This document shows, piece by piece, positions 37,044 through 47,210 of a stretch of DNA of 64,000 nucleotides. The notes beneath the pieces are model-generated. The model was given only the letters and a program-made list of their open reading frames with translations. It was not told where the DNA came from and ran no database searches. The translations under genes were made by a program, and so were the position numbers. Every line of letters begins with the position of its first letter. Position 1 is the stretch's first letter. This DNA is from a virus: the IMG/VR virus record IMGVR_UViG_3300028393_000001, positions 32,001 through 96,000 of that record. One strand, 5' to 3'.

Positions 37044-37118
37044 GCCGGATTAGCATAGTGGTAGTGCTCCCGCCTTGTAAGCGGGAGGTCGTTAGTTCGA
37101 TTCTAACATCCGGCACCA
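37044..37118 (+). tRNA. tRNA-Thr(TGT)
   Basis: Cloverleaf, CCA end. Confidence 0.93.
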
Positions 37119-37414
37119 CATATGTAGTAATTATGGAACAAAAACGTAATCCTAGAAAATTTAGACTTTGGGATAGTAATGCACTACACGAAAATTTACA
37201 AGTATGTATACAGTATCAAACTGCAATTGAAGAAGCAGTAAAGCAGTCAACAATTGATGATACTCCAGTATTAAATTCAACTATACCTACAAACTCACTA
37301 TATGACATTGTTACTTGTTATATAGCAATGTATGAAAAAATATTAGCTGAAGATTTACTTCAGACTAATGGCACTCCCGTAAACAGAAACCAAATCCACT
37401 AAGGAAATTTAAAA

Positions 37415-37768
37415 ATGGCATGGACAGAAGAACAAAAACAGTCAGTTATCGAAGCATATAAAGCAGGTGACCCGACCCCCGAAAACTCAACAGAGTTGAT
37501 TAAAGAAATTGCAGAAGAAATGGAACAGAGTGCAAACGGTGTTCGTATGATTCTAGTACAGGCAGGTGTATATGTGAAGAAAGAAGCTTCTACATCTATT
37601 GCCAAAGGCGGTACTTCTAAGTCTACAGGTACTCCTCGTGTTTCTAAGGACTCACAGATTGCAGAGTTGCGTGCTCTCATTGAAGCTAAAGGCGCTGAAG
37701 TGGATGACGAGATTCTTACAAAGCTGACTGGCAAAGCCGCAGCTTACTTCGCCAAAGTAATGGCGTAA
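37415..37768 (+). CDS. T5 D3-like DNA-binding protein
   Basis: NGVRMIL..AGVYVKK and KLTGKAA motifs. Confidence 0.8.
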   Translation: MAWTEEQKQSVIEAYKAGDPTPENSTELIKEIAEEMEQSANGVRMILVQAGVYVKKEASTSIAKGGTSKSTGTPRVSKDSQIAELRALIEAKGAEVDDEILTKLTGKAAAYFAKVMA

Positions 37769-37807
37769 TTAATGGCAGCTTAGGCTGCCATTTTTATTTA
37801 TACAATT

Positions 37808-38080
37808 ATGTTTATAGTATATTCAAAAGAAAACTGCCCCTACTGTGTGCAGTCTAAAGCCCTACTCAAGTCTAAGGGACTAGAGTACATAGAACTAATG
37901 CTAGACTTGGGCCAGTCCCACAAACCTGATACTGAGTATGTATTCTTACATGATTTAGAAAAAATATTACCAGGTGTGCAATCAGTGCCTCAAATCTTTG
38001 AACGTCTTGATGGAGCAGCTCCTGCAACTCAACACATTGGCGGTTTCAAAGAGTTAAAGGAATACCTCAATAAATCTTAA
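37808..38080 (+). CDS. Glutaredoxin
   Basis: CPYC, VPQIF and IGGF motifs. Confidence 0.92.
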   Translation: MFIVYSKENCPYCVQSKALLKSKGLEYIELMLDLGQSHKPDTEYVFLHDLEKILPGVQSVPQIFERLDGAAPATQHIGGFKELKEYLNKS

Positions 38081-38288
38081 CTTGTAATTTTTGCCTTAAA
38101 GTGTTATAATTATTCTTTAACGGAGATAATATGAAACAGCCCGACCCTAAATTGCATATGCTTATTAGTTTTGCTAAAAGTGCGTGTCGCATTATTGCGG
38201 CAGTACTACTAGCTGTTGGTGTATTTAAGTCGGCTGGTTTAATGTTCTTGATTGCAGAAGCGCTAGGAATTGTAGAGGAGTTAGTATA

Positions 38289-38894
38289 ATGGCAAGAGCA
38301 GCTAAAGAAAACGAACTGTTAACAGACGCTAACATCGAGCGAGTTATTGCAGGATTTGAGTCAACACCTAAGATGACTAAAAAAGATGCGTGTGCCATTT
38401 TAGGCATCGCATACAATACAACTCGCCTGGATTCCCTAGTTGAAAAATATTTGGAAAAGAAGGCACGAGATGCTCAACGTCGAGCAAACCTTCGCGGTAA
38501 GCCTGCAACTCAAGACGAAGTAGTATATGTAATTCAGGAATACCTAGAGGGTGCTACAATTGATGCCATTAGCAAGGCTACCTATCGCGGTAGTAACTTT
38601 GTTAAACATATACTAGAGAAGTACGAGGTACCTATTCGACAAACCTCTCACGACTATTTCAAACCTGAACTTATTCCAGACGGAGCTACGCGTGACCGCT
38701 TCCAGGTTGGAGAAGTCGTCTACTCGGCTAGGTATGACTCTGTGGCACGCATCGACGCAGAGCAACATGACCATCGGCACGGATGGATTTATCGAGTTTG
38801 GCTACTCTCTGAAAAGTGGAAACAGTCAGCGTATCAAGAGGCTTGTGAGTTAGCCTCCTTAGAACACTTACGAACAGCAGGAGTACGAGTATGA
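38289..38894 (+). CDS. T5 D2-like protein
   Basis: TKKDAC.ILG, YRVWLLSE and ELASL.HL motifs. Confidence 0.8.
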   Translation: MARAAKENELLTDANIERVIAGFESTPKMTKKDACAILGIAYNTTRLDSLVEKYLEKKARDAQRRANLRGKPATQDEVVYVIQEYLEGATIDAISKATYRGSNFVKHILEKYEVPIRQTSHDYFKPELIPDGATRDRFQVGEVVYSARYDSVARIDAEQHDHRHGWIYRVWLLSEKWKQSAYQEACELASLEHLRTAGVRV

Positions 38895-38958
38895 AAGCAC
38901 TTTGGGATAAGTTTAATAAGTGGTGTGAAAAATACTTTAAAGCTAATAAGGAGTATCA

Positions 38959-39255
38959 ATGACAGAAGAACCATATTACGAAAAACTAGTTTATGAAAAT
39001 GAAATCAAAGGCTATCAACTAAAATTAGTAGTCAATGAATTTCGTGGTAAGCAGTATATTCACATACGCAAATACTTTCTTTCCTATGAGGGAGAGTATG
39101 TACCCTCTCGCGAAGGTGTAAGTATGGAGGCATCACTTCATAATATATTCTCCTTGTTAGACGGATTAATGGAAATTTGCTCTAAGGAAGAATCCGCAGA
39201 GGCAATACTTACCTATTTTAGCGATAAAATTACTCACTTGAAGAATTTAGAATAA
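38959..39255 (+). CDS. PC4/p15-like ssDNA-binding protein
   Basis: VNEFRG..YIHIRKYF...P..EGV; T5 synteny. Confidence 0.75.
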   Translation: MTEEPYYEKLVYENEIKGYQLKLVVNEFRGKQYIHIRKYFLSYEGEYVPSREGVSMEASLHNIFSLLDGLMEICSKEESAEAILTYFSDKITHLKNLE

Positions 39256-39273
39256 ACTGCTATAATATACTTT

Positions 39274-40227
39274 ATGAACAAGATAAAAGCCTACTTAGAT
39301 GAAGCCTCGATTGCCTACTACTCGGGTAGTCCTATTATTAGTGATGAAGCATTCGACAGATTAGCCGAAACCTCAGGCTATATGAAGGTAGGCGCTCGTC
39401 AACACGATAATATCGCAAAACACCTCTACCCTATGTACAGTTTGCAAAAGTACTACGAGGATGAAGGTGTAGCCCCCATTCAAGGGGTCAAAGACATTAC
39501 TGTAAGTGTTAAACTAGATGGCGCTGCTGTCAGCCTACTTTATGCGAACGGAGAGTTAGTTCAAGCTCTTACTCGTGGAGACGGCATTGAAGGCACAGAT
39601 ATTACAGAAAAATTCCTTGCCCGCCGAGATCTAGCCCCCTTAAAAGTACCCAGGCTTGATGTATTTCAGGTTACTGGTGAAATTGTCGCGTCTAAGGAAA
39701 TTCCAAATAGTCGTAACTATGCGGCAGGTGCTCTTAACTTAAAAGATATGAATGAGTTTAGGACTCGTGCAGTATCTTTCTATGCTTACGGCGTATTTCC
39801 TTATGAGCAGCCTACCTTTGTCCGAGACATGGTTATCTTGACTACTCAAGGTTTTCAAACCATAATAGCTAAAGAACTAGATAAAATCTATCCATGTGAT
39901 GGATTAGTATTCCGAGTAAATGACAATCACGAATTTGAAAAACTTGGATATACTTCAAAACATCCTCGCGGAGCATATGCAAAAAAAGAACGCCAAGCCG
40001 CTGTTGAGACAACTATCGTATCAGTAGAGTGGAATGTAGGTAAATCAGGTAAAGTAACCCCCGTAGCCCACTTAGACCCAGTTTATATTGGTGATAAGTT
40101 AGTGAGTAAAGCAACCTTAAACAATCCTGGGTTTATTGAAATGTTGAATATCTGCATAGGCGACCGAGTAGGAGTTATACTAGGCGGAGAGATTATTCCA
40201 TGCATTACCCACAAAGTAGAATCATAA
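39274..40227 (+). CDS. NAD-dependent DNA ligase subunit A
   Basis: KLDG, TRGDG, DGLV and GKVTPVA motifs. Confidence 0.93.
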   Translation: MNKIKAYLDEASIAYYSGSPIISDEAFDRLAETSGYMKVGARQHDNIAKHLYPMYSLQKYYEDEGVAPIQGVKDITVSVKLDGAAVSLLYANGELVQALTRGDGIEGTDITEKFLARRDLAPLKVPRLDVFQVTGEIVASKEIPNSRNYAAGALNLKDMNEFRTRAVSFYAYGVFPYEQPTFVRDMVILTTQGFQTIIAKELDKIYPCDGLVFRVNDNHEFEKLGYTSKHPRGAYAKKERQAAVETTIVSVEWNVGKSGKVTPVAHLDPVYIGDKLVSKATLNNPGFIEMLNICIGDRVGVILGGEIIPCITHKVES

Positions 40228-40320
40228 TAAATTCAATCATACACATTAGACCAGCACAGAAAAAATAGACTTGCCAAGGCACTCTAAATACAGTATAATA
40301 ACACATAAATTGATAATACT

Positions 40321-41076
40321 ATGCAAAAGATTGAAATTCCTACAACTTGTCCATGCTGTTCCTACAAGCTAGAAATAGTCAATGAACAACTGTTCTGTAG
40401 AAATCTATCCTGCGAGGCTCAATTAGGTAAAAAGCTAGAGCATTTTACAAAGACTTTAGGTATCAAAGGTTTTGGCCCTAAGACTATTGAGAAACTTGGT
40501 TTAGCTGATATTACAGAACTTTTTTACTTAGATAAGGCTTCCGTTGTTGAAGCACTTGGAAGTGAGAAAGTAACAGATAAGCTCCTAGATGAAATCGAAA
40601 GAGCTAAAGGTGCAGATCTAGCCACCGTTTTAGCGTCATTTTCTATCCCTTTAGTGGGTGGAACTGCTTCTAAGAAAATTGCTAGTGTAGTTAGTTCTAT
40701 AGAAGAAATTACACAAGAAACCTGCAAACAAGCAGGCCTTGGAGATAAAGTTACTTCTAATCTATTGAACTGGATTAGTATGGATTATCCAGAAGTAAAA
40801 GAGTTCTTGCCATTCTCTTTTAAGTCCAGTGAAGTAAAACCTGTTAGTACAAGTGGCCCAACTATTTGTATTACTGGTAAGTTATCCTCATTTAAAACAA
40901 AATCAGAAGCAACCAAGATATTGGAAGCAGCAGGTTTTATAGTAGTAGAGTCCGTAACAAAGACTTTAAAGTATCTAGTAGATGAGGACAGCAAAGGAAG
41001 TACAAAGCGCAAAAAAGCAGAAGAATATGGCGTAACAATAGTAACAAATCTAACCGATTTTGTATCAAAATTTTAA
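40321..41076 (+). CDS. NAD-dependent DNA ligase subunit B (Zn finger, HhH, BRCT)
   Basis: CPCC...C..C, IKGFG and CITG motifs. Confidence 0.92.
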   Translation: MQKIEIPTTCPCCSYKLEIVNEQLFCRNLSCEAQLGKKLEHFTKTLGIKGFGPKTIEKLGLADITELFYLDKASVVEALGSEKVTDKLLDEIERAKGADLATVLASFSIPLVGGTASKKIASVVSSIEEITQETCKQAGLGDKVTSNLLNWISMDYPEVKEFLPFSFKSSEVKPVSTSGPTICITGKLSSFKTKSEATKILEAAGFIVVESVTKTLKYLVDEDSKGSTKRKKAEEYGVTIVTNLTDFVSKF

Positions 41077-41090
41077 AAAAGAGAAAATAA

Positions 41091-41834
41091 ATGAGTGAAA
41101 AAGCTAAAAAATGGTCTGACGAAACTGTAGCCCAACTATTGTCGATTGTTGGTCATGATAGTCCAGTAAGCGTCGCGCGGGTTGAGCAAGCAGCCGAAGC
41201 ATTGGGTGTTACAGAACGCTCAGTTGCATCTAAACTGCGTCAACTAGACCGTGAAGTTGCTTCTATGGCAAAAGAAAAGGTATCGGCCTTTACCCCCGAG
41301 CAAGGTGCTGCATTGTCTAGTATGGTTAGCAGCAATTCTGGTGTGTATACTTATAAAGATATTGCTGAGCGTTTTGAGCACGGTACTTTCACTGCTAAAC
41401 AAATTCAGGGCAAATTACTTGCTTTGGAATTGACTGGCAATGTTAAGCCTGCTGAAAAAGTAGAAGCAGCTCGTACCTACTCTGATGCTGAAGAAAGCAC
41501 TTTCATCAAGATGGCTCAAGCAGGTAAGTACATTGAAGAAATCGCAGTTACCCTAGGTAAGAGCATTCCTTCTGTTCGTGGCAAGGCACTTAGCCTGACA
41601 CGTAAAGGTCAAATTGACCGCATTCCGGCACAAAAAGATAGCCATGCTAAGAACACTGTTGATCCAGTGACTGCACTTGGTATGAGCATTGTTAACATGA
41701 CTGTTGCAGAAATTGCAGCTGCTGTTGATAAAACAGAGCGTGGTCTGAAAACACTTCTTACTCGTCGTGGTATTTCTGTTAAAGATTACGATGGTGCGGC
41801 AAAGAAGGCTAAAGCCGAAGCTAAAGCAGCTTAA
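41091..41834 (+). CDS. T5 D5-like DNA-binding protein
   Basis: Repeated HTH units, RGLKTLLTRRG..DYDG; position after ligase. Confidence 0.85.
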   Translation: MSEKAKKWSDETVAQLLSIVGHDSPVSVARVEQAAEALGVTERSVASKLRQLDREVASMAKEKVSAFTPEQGAALSSMVSSNSGVYTYKDIAERFEHGTFTAKQIQGKLLALELTGNVKPAEKVEAARTYSDAEESTFIKMAQAGKYIEEIAVTLGKSIPSVRGKALSLTRKGQIDRIPAQKDSHAKNTVDPVTALGMSIVNMTVAEIAAAVDKTERGLKTLLTRRGISVKDYDGAAKKAKAEAKAA

Positions 41835-41899
41835 TTGTAACCTGTAGGTTATTCAAGGCCAGGAGTTAATTTTAGCTCTTGGCCTTTTTTATTTGTAAT

Positions 41900-42199
41900 A
41901 TGAAAATAACAATTACTTACCACGATACAGAGTCGTTCACTGTGGAAGAAGTGGTTAAACAAGCAGAACATAATTACGGTAAATCTATTAAGGTAGATAT
42001 TACCCCTGAATCAAATAAACCCCATGATTTAATATACTTCGGGTTACAACAAATTATAACACACCAACAGCTAGGACTATTATTTAATGATAAGTTCGGC
42101 TATCAAGCTAGCCTGCAAAAATTACGCAATGAGACTCTATATAAGTTACAAGAAATTTTAGATCAAGTAATTATTGACAACGAAAGTAAGGTAGAGTAA
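41900..42199 (+). CDS. Hypothetical protein
   Basis: ORF coupled to the helicase gene. Confidence 0.6.
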   Translation: MKITITYHDTESFTVEEVVKQAEHNYGKSIKVDITPESNKPHDLIYFGLQQIITHQQLGLLFNDKFGYQASLQKLRNETLYKLQEILDQVIIDNESKVE

Positions 42200-43581
42200 T
42201 GGATATTAGCGCAGTTGTCATTAATAAACTACTAACAGAAAAGAATTTAGATGTTTGGAGCAAATTAAAGCTCGCGTTCCTTGACCCTGCCTACTCCTCA
42301 GTATATAGTTTAATTACTAGATACTATGACAAGTATAGTACTATACCATCGTTCGATGACTTAGACGCTATTGCTAGAGAGGGGTTGGCGCAAAAGACGC
42401 TAGCAACCCTTCGTCTTATTGATGAAACTGACGTTACTGCAGAAGTTGCCCTAGATGCACTTATAGATCAGTATACTCAGAATCAAACTATTATTTTATT
42501 GGATAAGTTTATTGACAAACTACCAGTTTATGATAGTACAGAAATCAAAGAAAATTTAGCGAGTATAGTACTAACCTTAGATGAAAAAACTTTAACAACT
42601 GAAGGCGTGTATACCATGAGCGATATCATGGTTTTTATACGACCAGATGAATTAGCTAAAAATCGCGTACACTTAGGACTTAATAATACTTTCGATAGTG
42701 TGCTTGGCGGCGTAGCTAGACAAGAACTTATTTTAATTGGCGGAAAGCGTGGATCTGGTAAATCTATTACTTGCAGTAATATTATGATTAATCAGTACGA
42801 GGCCGGTAATGCCTCCATATACTTTACAATTGAAATGGAAGCTCATGAAACCTTACAACGTAACATGAGTATCTTAGCCAATGTAAATCACCAAAATCTT
42901 AAAAATAATACTTTAACAGATTCAGAACTATTACAAGTAGTTAAATCTAGAGCAGGTATGTATGAAGATTCAGACAAATTAGTTATGGCATTTATTAAAG
43001 ATAGAGATCAATATAAGTTTGAGGAAACCTTAGTACGAGAATACGCTCTTAAGGATCAAAACCAGATGGTTATCATTGATGATAGAGCATTGACCCTAAG
43101 CTCTATCGATTTGCACTTAGGTAAGATGAAATCTCGTTTTGGCGATAAGTTTACTGTAGCAGTTATTGATTACTTAAATCAGATCGTTGTAGAGGGCGCA
43201 TCACAGTTTGACTGGCAACCACAAGTTATTATATCTAAGAAGCTAAAAGAGTTTGCTCGTAAGTATGATATTGTAATGGTAAGCCCATATCAGATTGATG
43301 CTAGTGGCGAAACACGCTTTGCAAAAGGCATCTTAGATGCAGCAGACATTGCCCTACTAATGGAAGCAAACGCAAAAGAGGACGCAGCAATGAGTTTTGA
43401 GACAACAAAGATACGCGGCGCCAAAGAGATGCGATTTACTAGTGGCATGGATTGGGATAGCTTACGTATTAGTCCTGTTTCAATTGAAAAACCTGCTGTT
43501 AAAGAAGATAAACCAAAAAAGATTAAACGAGCAGGAACTAAAGTGGACGAACCTGCATCAGACTTACCCTGGGATACATAA
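42199..43581 (+). CDS. DnaB-like replicative helicase
   Basis: GKRGSGKS, FTIEM, IDYLN and PYQ motifs. Confidence 0.92.
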   Translation: MDISAVVINKLLTEKNLDVWSKLKLAFLDPAYSSVYSLITRYYDKYSTIPSFDDLDAIAREGLAQKTLATLRLIDETDVTAEVALDALIDQYTQNQTIILLDKFIDKLPVYDSTEIKENLASIVLTLDEKTLTTEGVYTMSDIMVFIRPDELAKNRVHLGLNNTFDSVLGGVARQELILIGGKRGSGKSITCSNIMINQYEAGNASIYFTIEMEAHETLQRNMSILANVNHQNLKNNTLTDSELLQVVKSRAGMYEDSDKLVMAFIKDRDQYKFEETLVREYALKDQNQMVIIDDRALTLSSIDLHLGKMKSRFGDKFTVAVIDYLNQIVVEGASQFDWQPQVIISKKLKEFARKYDIVMVSPYQIDASGETRFAKGILDAADIALLMEANAKEDAAMSFETTKIRGAKEMRFTSGMDWDSLRISPVSIEKPAVKEDKPKKIKRAGTKVDEPASDLPWDT

Positions 43582-44432
43582 TGAGCGATCCAGTATTAGA
43601 CTTACTTAAAGATAAGGGAGTACCTTTTCAAATTTCTGGAAAAGACTATGTAACTAAATGTTTTAATCCAGAGCATGATGACACTAACCCTAGCTTTCGT
43701 ATTGACCGAATGACTGGAATAGCTCACTGTTTTTCTTGTGGATTTAAGACAAATATATTTAAATACTATGGTCTACTAACTAATAATGTTTCTGTAAGAG
43801 TAGCAAAATTAAAAGAAAAACTAAATATTTTAAAAGAGAGTAGTGCAGGACTAGATCCCCTAGAGGGAGCAAAACCTGTTACACAGTCTTTTAGAGGTAT
43901 CTCTACTCAAACATTAAAATACTTTAAGGCTTTTGAAACAGATCAAGTAGAAAAAATGCTAGATCGCATTGTCTTTCCAATTACAGATGTTAGAGGAAAA
44001 ACTGTTTGCTATGTTGGGCGTCACTCAATGTCAAATGGTAATCCTAGGTATGTTAATTACCCTAGTGGTGCTACAATTCCCTTATTCCCAGCTAAGTTTG
44101 CGGAAAAGCATAGAACAGTAGTCCTAGTAGAAGGCATATTTGATATGCTAAATTGCTACGATAAGGGTTTAAAGAATACAGTTTGTACCTTTGGTACTAG
44201 TAAATTACTAAACGATGTTCCACAAAAACTACTTAGCTATAAAGTAATGGGTATTGAGAAAGTATTTATTCTCTATGACGGAGACGATGCAGGACGCGAA
44301 GCAGCTAAGAAGATTAAGCCGTTGATAGAAGAAGCAGGTTTCATAACAGAAATCATTGATTTACCTGAAGGACAAGATCCTGGGGTAATTACACAAGAGG
44401 ATGTAAACTCTTTAATAGAATATACAAAATGA
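43581..44432 (+). CDS. DNA primase
   Basis: CHC2 Zn finger; TOPRIM VEGIFD and YDGDDAG motifs. Confidence 0.93.
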   Translation: MSDPVLDLLKDKGVPFQISGKDYVTKCFNPEHDDTNPSFRIDRMTGIAHCFSCGFKTNIFKYYGLLTNNVSVRVAKLKEKLNILKESSAGLDPLEGAKPVTQSFRGISTQTLKYFKAFETDQVEKMLDRIVFPITDVRGKTVCYVGRHSMSNGNPRYVNYPSGATIPLFPAKFAEKHRTVVLVEGIFDMLNCYDKGLKNTVCTFGTSKLLNDVPQKLLSYKVMGIEKVFILYDGDDAGREAAKKIKPLIEEAGFITEIIDLPEGQDPGVITQEDVNSLIEYTK

Positions 44433-46714
44433 CAAAAATTTGCATTATAGATAAAGCCCCAAGTAGAAATAATTATAGTATCTACTTTAATTTTGATTTT
44501 GAACTATTTCACATGAGTCAAGTACCTATTACTAAACTCCTTAAGAAAGATGTGGACTTAGATATTGACTTAGAGCCGTATGACTTTGTTATCCTAGTAG
44601 GGGCTGAAGCAGCAAAAGAATATGCTAAAGTTAGTTCTGTAACTAACTATGCCGGACAACTAATGCATGATAAATTCATATGTATTAGCAACCCAGCGAT
44701 GCTACACTTCAAGCCAGAAGGTAAGCCTGATTTTCAAAGATCAGTAGATCGTATTCATAAGTACATTGAAGGCTCTATTAAGAATGCAAGTATTACTGGA
44801 GATTATTTGGGTATTGTAAATACTACCCAAGCATTAAAATTCTTACAAGAAGTTTTTGATAATGCTGAAGGTTATGTAGCAATGGATACAGAAACAACAG
44901 CCTTATATCCTAGAGATGGATATGTGCTGGGATTGTCTATTAGCTATAAAGATAAGCATGGCGCATATATTAGCACTGAGTGTTTAGACGAAGAGTGTCT
45001 TGAAAAAGTACAGCAGATTGCTGATAAATATGAAATAGTTTTTCATAATATGAAGTTCGACATTAAGATGATCGAATATCATTTAGGAATTAAATTCAAT
45101 AGAGCACGAGTACATGACACAATGCTAATGCACTATGCATTAGACGAAAACGATAGTCACGGCTTAAAACCTTTGGCTCTTAAATATACTGAGTATGGTG
45201 ATTATGATGCAGAATTAGATAGTTTTAAGAAGGAATACTGCTCTAGCAAGGGATTATTACTTGAAGATTTTACTTATGACCTAATTCCTTTTGATGTAAT
45301 TGCAAAATATGCTGCAATTGATACAGCAGTAACTATTACTTTATTCCATAAATTCTGGCCTAATGTTCAAAAGAATACTAAGCTATTATGGGTATATAAG
45401 AACATTTTAATACCTGGTACCCTATTCTTAATGGATATGGAAGAAGTAGGTATTCCAATTGATCGTGAAAGAATGACTTCAGCCGAGGGTTTCTTAGACT
45501 TACAAATTGCAGAAGCAAAACAAGAAGTATATGCTTTTCAAGAAGTTAAAGACTTTGAAAAAGACGCAGGAATTATATTTAATCCAAACTCAGTACAACA
45601 ACTTAGAAAAGTTTTGTTCGACTATGTTAAACTTACTCCCACCGGAAAGAAGACCGGCACCGGAGCTATTTCAACTGATGCCGAAGTGCTTGAAGAACTA
45701 TCCGAAGAACACCCACTACCAGCAGCCATACTTAAAGTTAGACAGCTTGGTAAGATCAAGAATACTTACATCAGTAAAATCCTACCAGAGTTAGACAAAG
45801 ATGGCCGAATTCGTACAAATTTTAATCTTATTTTTACCACTAGTGGGCGTTTGTCTAGTAGTGGGAAATTTAATGCTCAACAGATTCCACGAGATAATTC
45901 AATCATCAAAGGATGTATTAAGGCACCTGAAGGTTACAAAATAGTATCACAAGACTTAACAACAGCTGAAATGTACTATGCGGCCGTTCTTAGTACTGAT
46001 AAGAATCTTCAACAAGTTTTTATATCAGGCGGCGACTTTCACAGTACTATTGCTAAAATGGTGTTTGATCTAGTTTGCGAGGTTGAAGATGTTAAGAACA
46101 CTTTTGGTTCTATGCGTCAATCAGCAAAAGCAATTTCATTCGGAATCTTATATGGTTCTGGCCCTCAAAAAGTATCTGATACAGTATCAAAATCAACAGG
46201 TGAATACTATGGTATCGACAGAGCAAAACAAGATATTAAATCTTACTTTGAAAAATTCAATAAACTTAAAAAGTGGCTGGATAGCCGTAAAGAATTTATT
46301 CAAGCTAATGGTTACACTTATAGCTTTTTTGGCAGGAAGCGTCGTCTTATCAATGTGTTCTCCACAGATAAGGGAATTGCTGCCCACGAGGTACGTTCCG
46401 GAATCAATGCAGAAGTACAATCTTTAGCAAGTGATATGAACCTATTTGGCGCTATGGATACTGCTAATGAAATCAAAGCTAAAGGTATAGACGCTAAAAT
46501 ATTCATGTTAGTACATGACTCAATTGTAGCCTTAGTTAAAGACGAGTGTGTAGAAGAATATTGCGAAATATTGAAGAGAAATACTCAAAAAGATCGTGGT
46601 TGTTCTATACAAGGTTATCCAATTGGTGTAGATCAAGAAGTAGGACAGGATTATAGTTTTGGAAAATTTGATAAACAGTATCTCGTTGAAGGACATAGCT
46701 TATCCAGTATTTAA
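44429..46714 (+). CDS. Family A DNA polymerase with 3'-5' exonuclease
   Basis: DTET, HNMKFD, GRLSS, RQSAKAISFGILYG and VHDS motifs. Confidence 0.96.
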   Translation: MTKICIIDKAPSRNNYSIYFNFDFELFHMSQVPITKLLKKDVDLDIDLEPYDFVILVGAEAAKEYAKVSSVTNYAGQLMHDKFICISNPAMLHFKPEGKPDFQRSVDRIHKYIEGSIKNASITGDYLGIVNTTQALKFLQEVFDNAEGYVAMDTETTALYPRDGYVLGLSISYKDKHGAYISTECLDEECLEKVQQIADKYEIVFHNMKFDIKMIEYHLGIKFNRARVHDTMLMHYALDENDSHGLKPLALKYTEYGDYDAELDSFKKEYCSSKGLLLEDFTYDLIPFDVIAKYAAIDTAVTITLFHKFWPNVQKNTKLLWVYKNILIPGTLFLMDMEEVGIPIDRERMTSAEGFLDLQIAEAKQEVYAFQEVKDFEKDAGIIFNPNSVQQLRKVLFDYVKLTPTGKKTGTGAISTDAEVLEELSEEHPLPAAILKVRQLGKIKNTYISKILPELDKDGRIRTNFNLIFTTSGRLSSSGKFNAQQIPRDNSIIKGCIKAPEGYKIVSQDLTTAEMYYAAVLSTDKNLQQVFISGGDFHSTIAKMVFDLVCEVEDVKNTFGSMRQSAKAISFGILYGSGPQKVSDTVSKSTGEYYGIDRAKQDIKSYFEKFNKLKKWLDSRKEFIQANGYTYSFFGRKRRLINVFSTDKGIAAHEVRSGINAEVQSLASDMNLFGAMDTANEIKAKGIDAKIFMLVHDSIVALVKDECVEEYCEILKRNTQKDRGCSIQGYPIGVDQEVGQDYSFGKFDKQYLVEGHSLSSI

Positions 46715-47210
46715 ATTAGGGTTAATTAAACCTGAAACTATGGATAAAGTAGTTTTCTACCTATATCAATATGAGTCAGAAGATAATGAAACTATTGCAA
46801 AGTTAAAAATAGTAGACGATTTAAATATAGACAAAGATAGTTTAGCACTTAGAAGATTAAAATTAAAATCTGAAGGTGCTAACCTATTCAAAATTAATAA
46901 AGCTGTATATTTTATTGGCGACTTAATTAAAATAGCTACACCACATACGTGGTTTATAGACTCTAATGGAAAAATATTTAAATATGCAAAAACTACTAAA
47001 GCTAAACTTAAATTTCATAAAATAAAAGCACTAATACCAATAAAAGGAGGCGGAGTAATAATAGAAGTAGAAGATCTAAATACTAGATTTAAAGCTCTGT
47101 ATACTCCCGAAAGCATGAATAGATACGCAGGAATCTTACATTATGGTAAATCTTTGATTTTATATGGCTTTTATGATAAGGCGTATGAAGAAACTTGGAG
47201 AAAGATTTAA
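46659..47210 (+). CDS. Conserved T5-like hypothetical protein
   Basis: Between polymerase and D10; FIDS.G..F.Y.K. Confidence 0.7.
   Translation: MENLINSISLKDIAYPVFKLGLIKPETMDKVVFYLYQYESEDNETIAKLKIVDDLNIDKDSLALRRLKLKSEGANLFKINKAVYFIGDLIKIATPHTWFIDSNGKIFKYAKTTKAKLKFHKIKALIPIKGGGVIIEVEDLNTRFKALYTPESMNRYAGILHYGKSLILYGFYDKAYEETWRKI

Noticed and set aside
39274-41076. Split ligase as a pseudogene or intron
   Set aside because: A two-subunit NAD ligase is the normal T5-like arrangement
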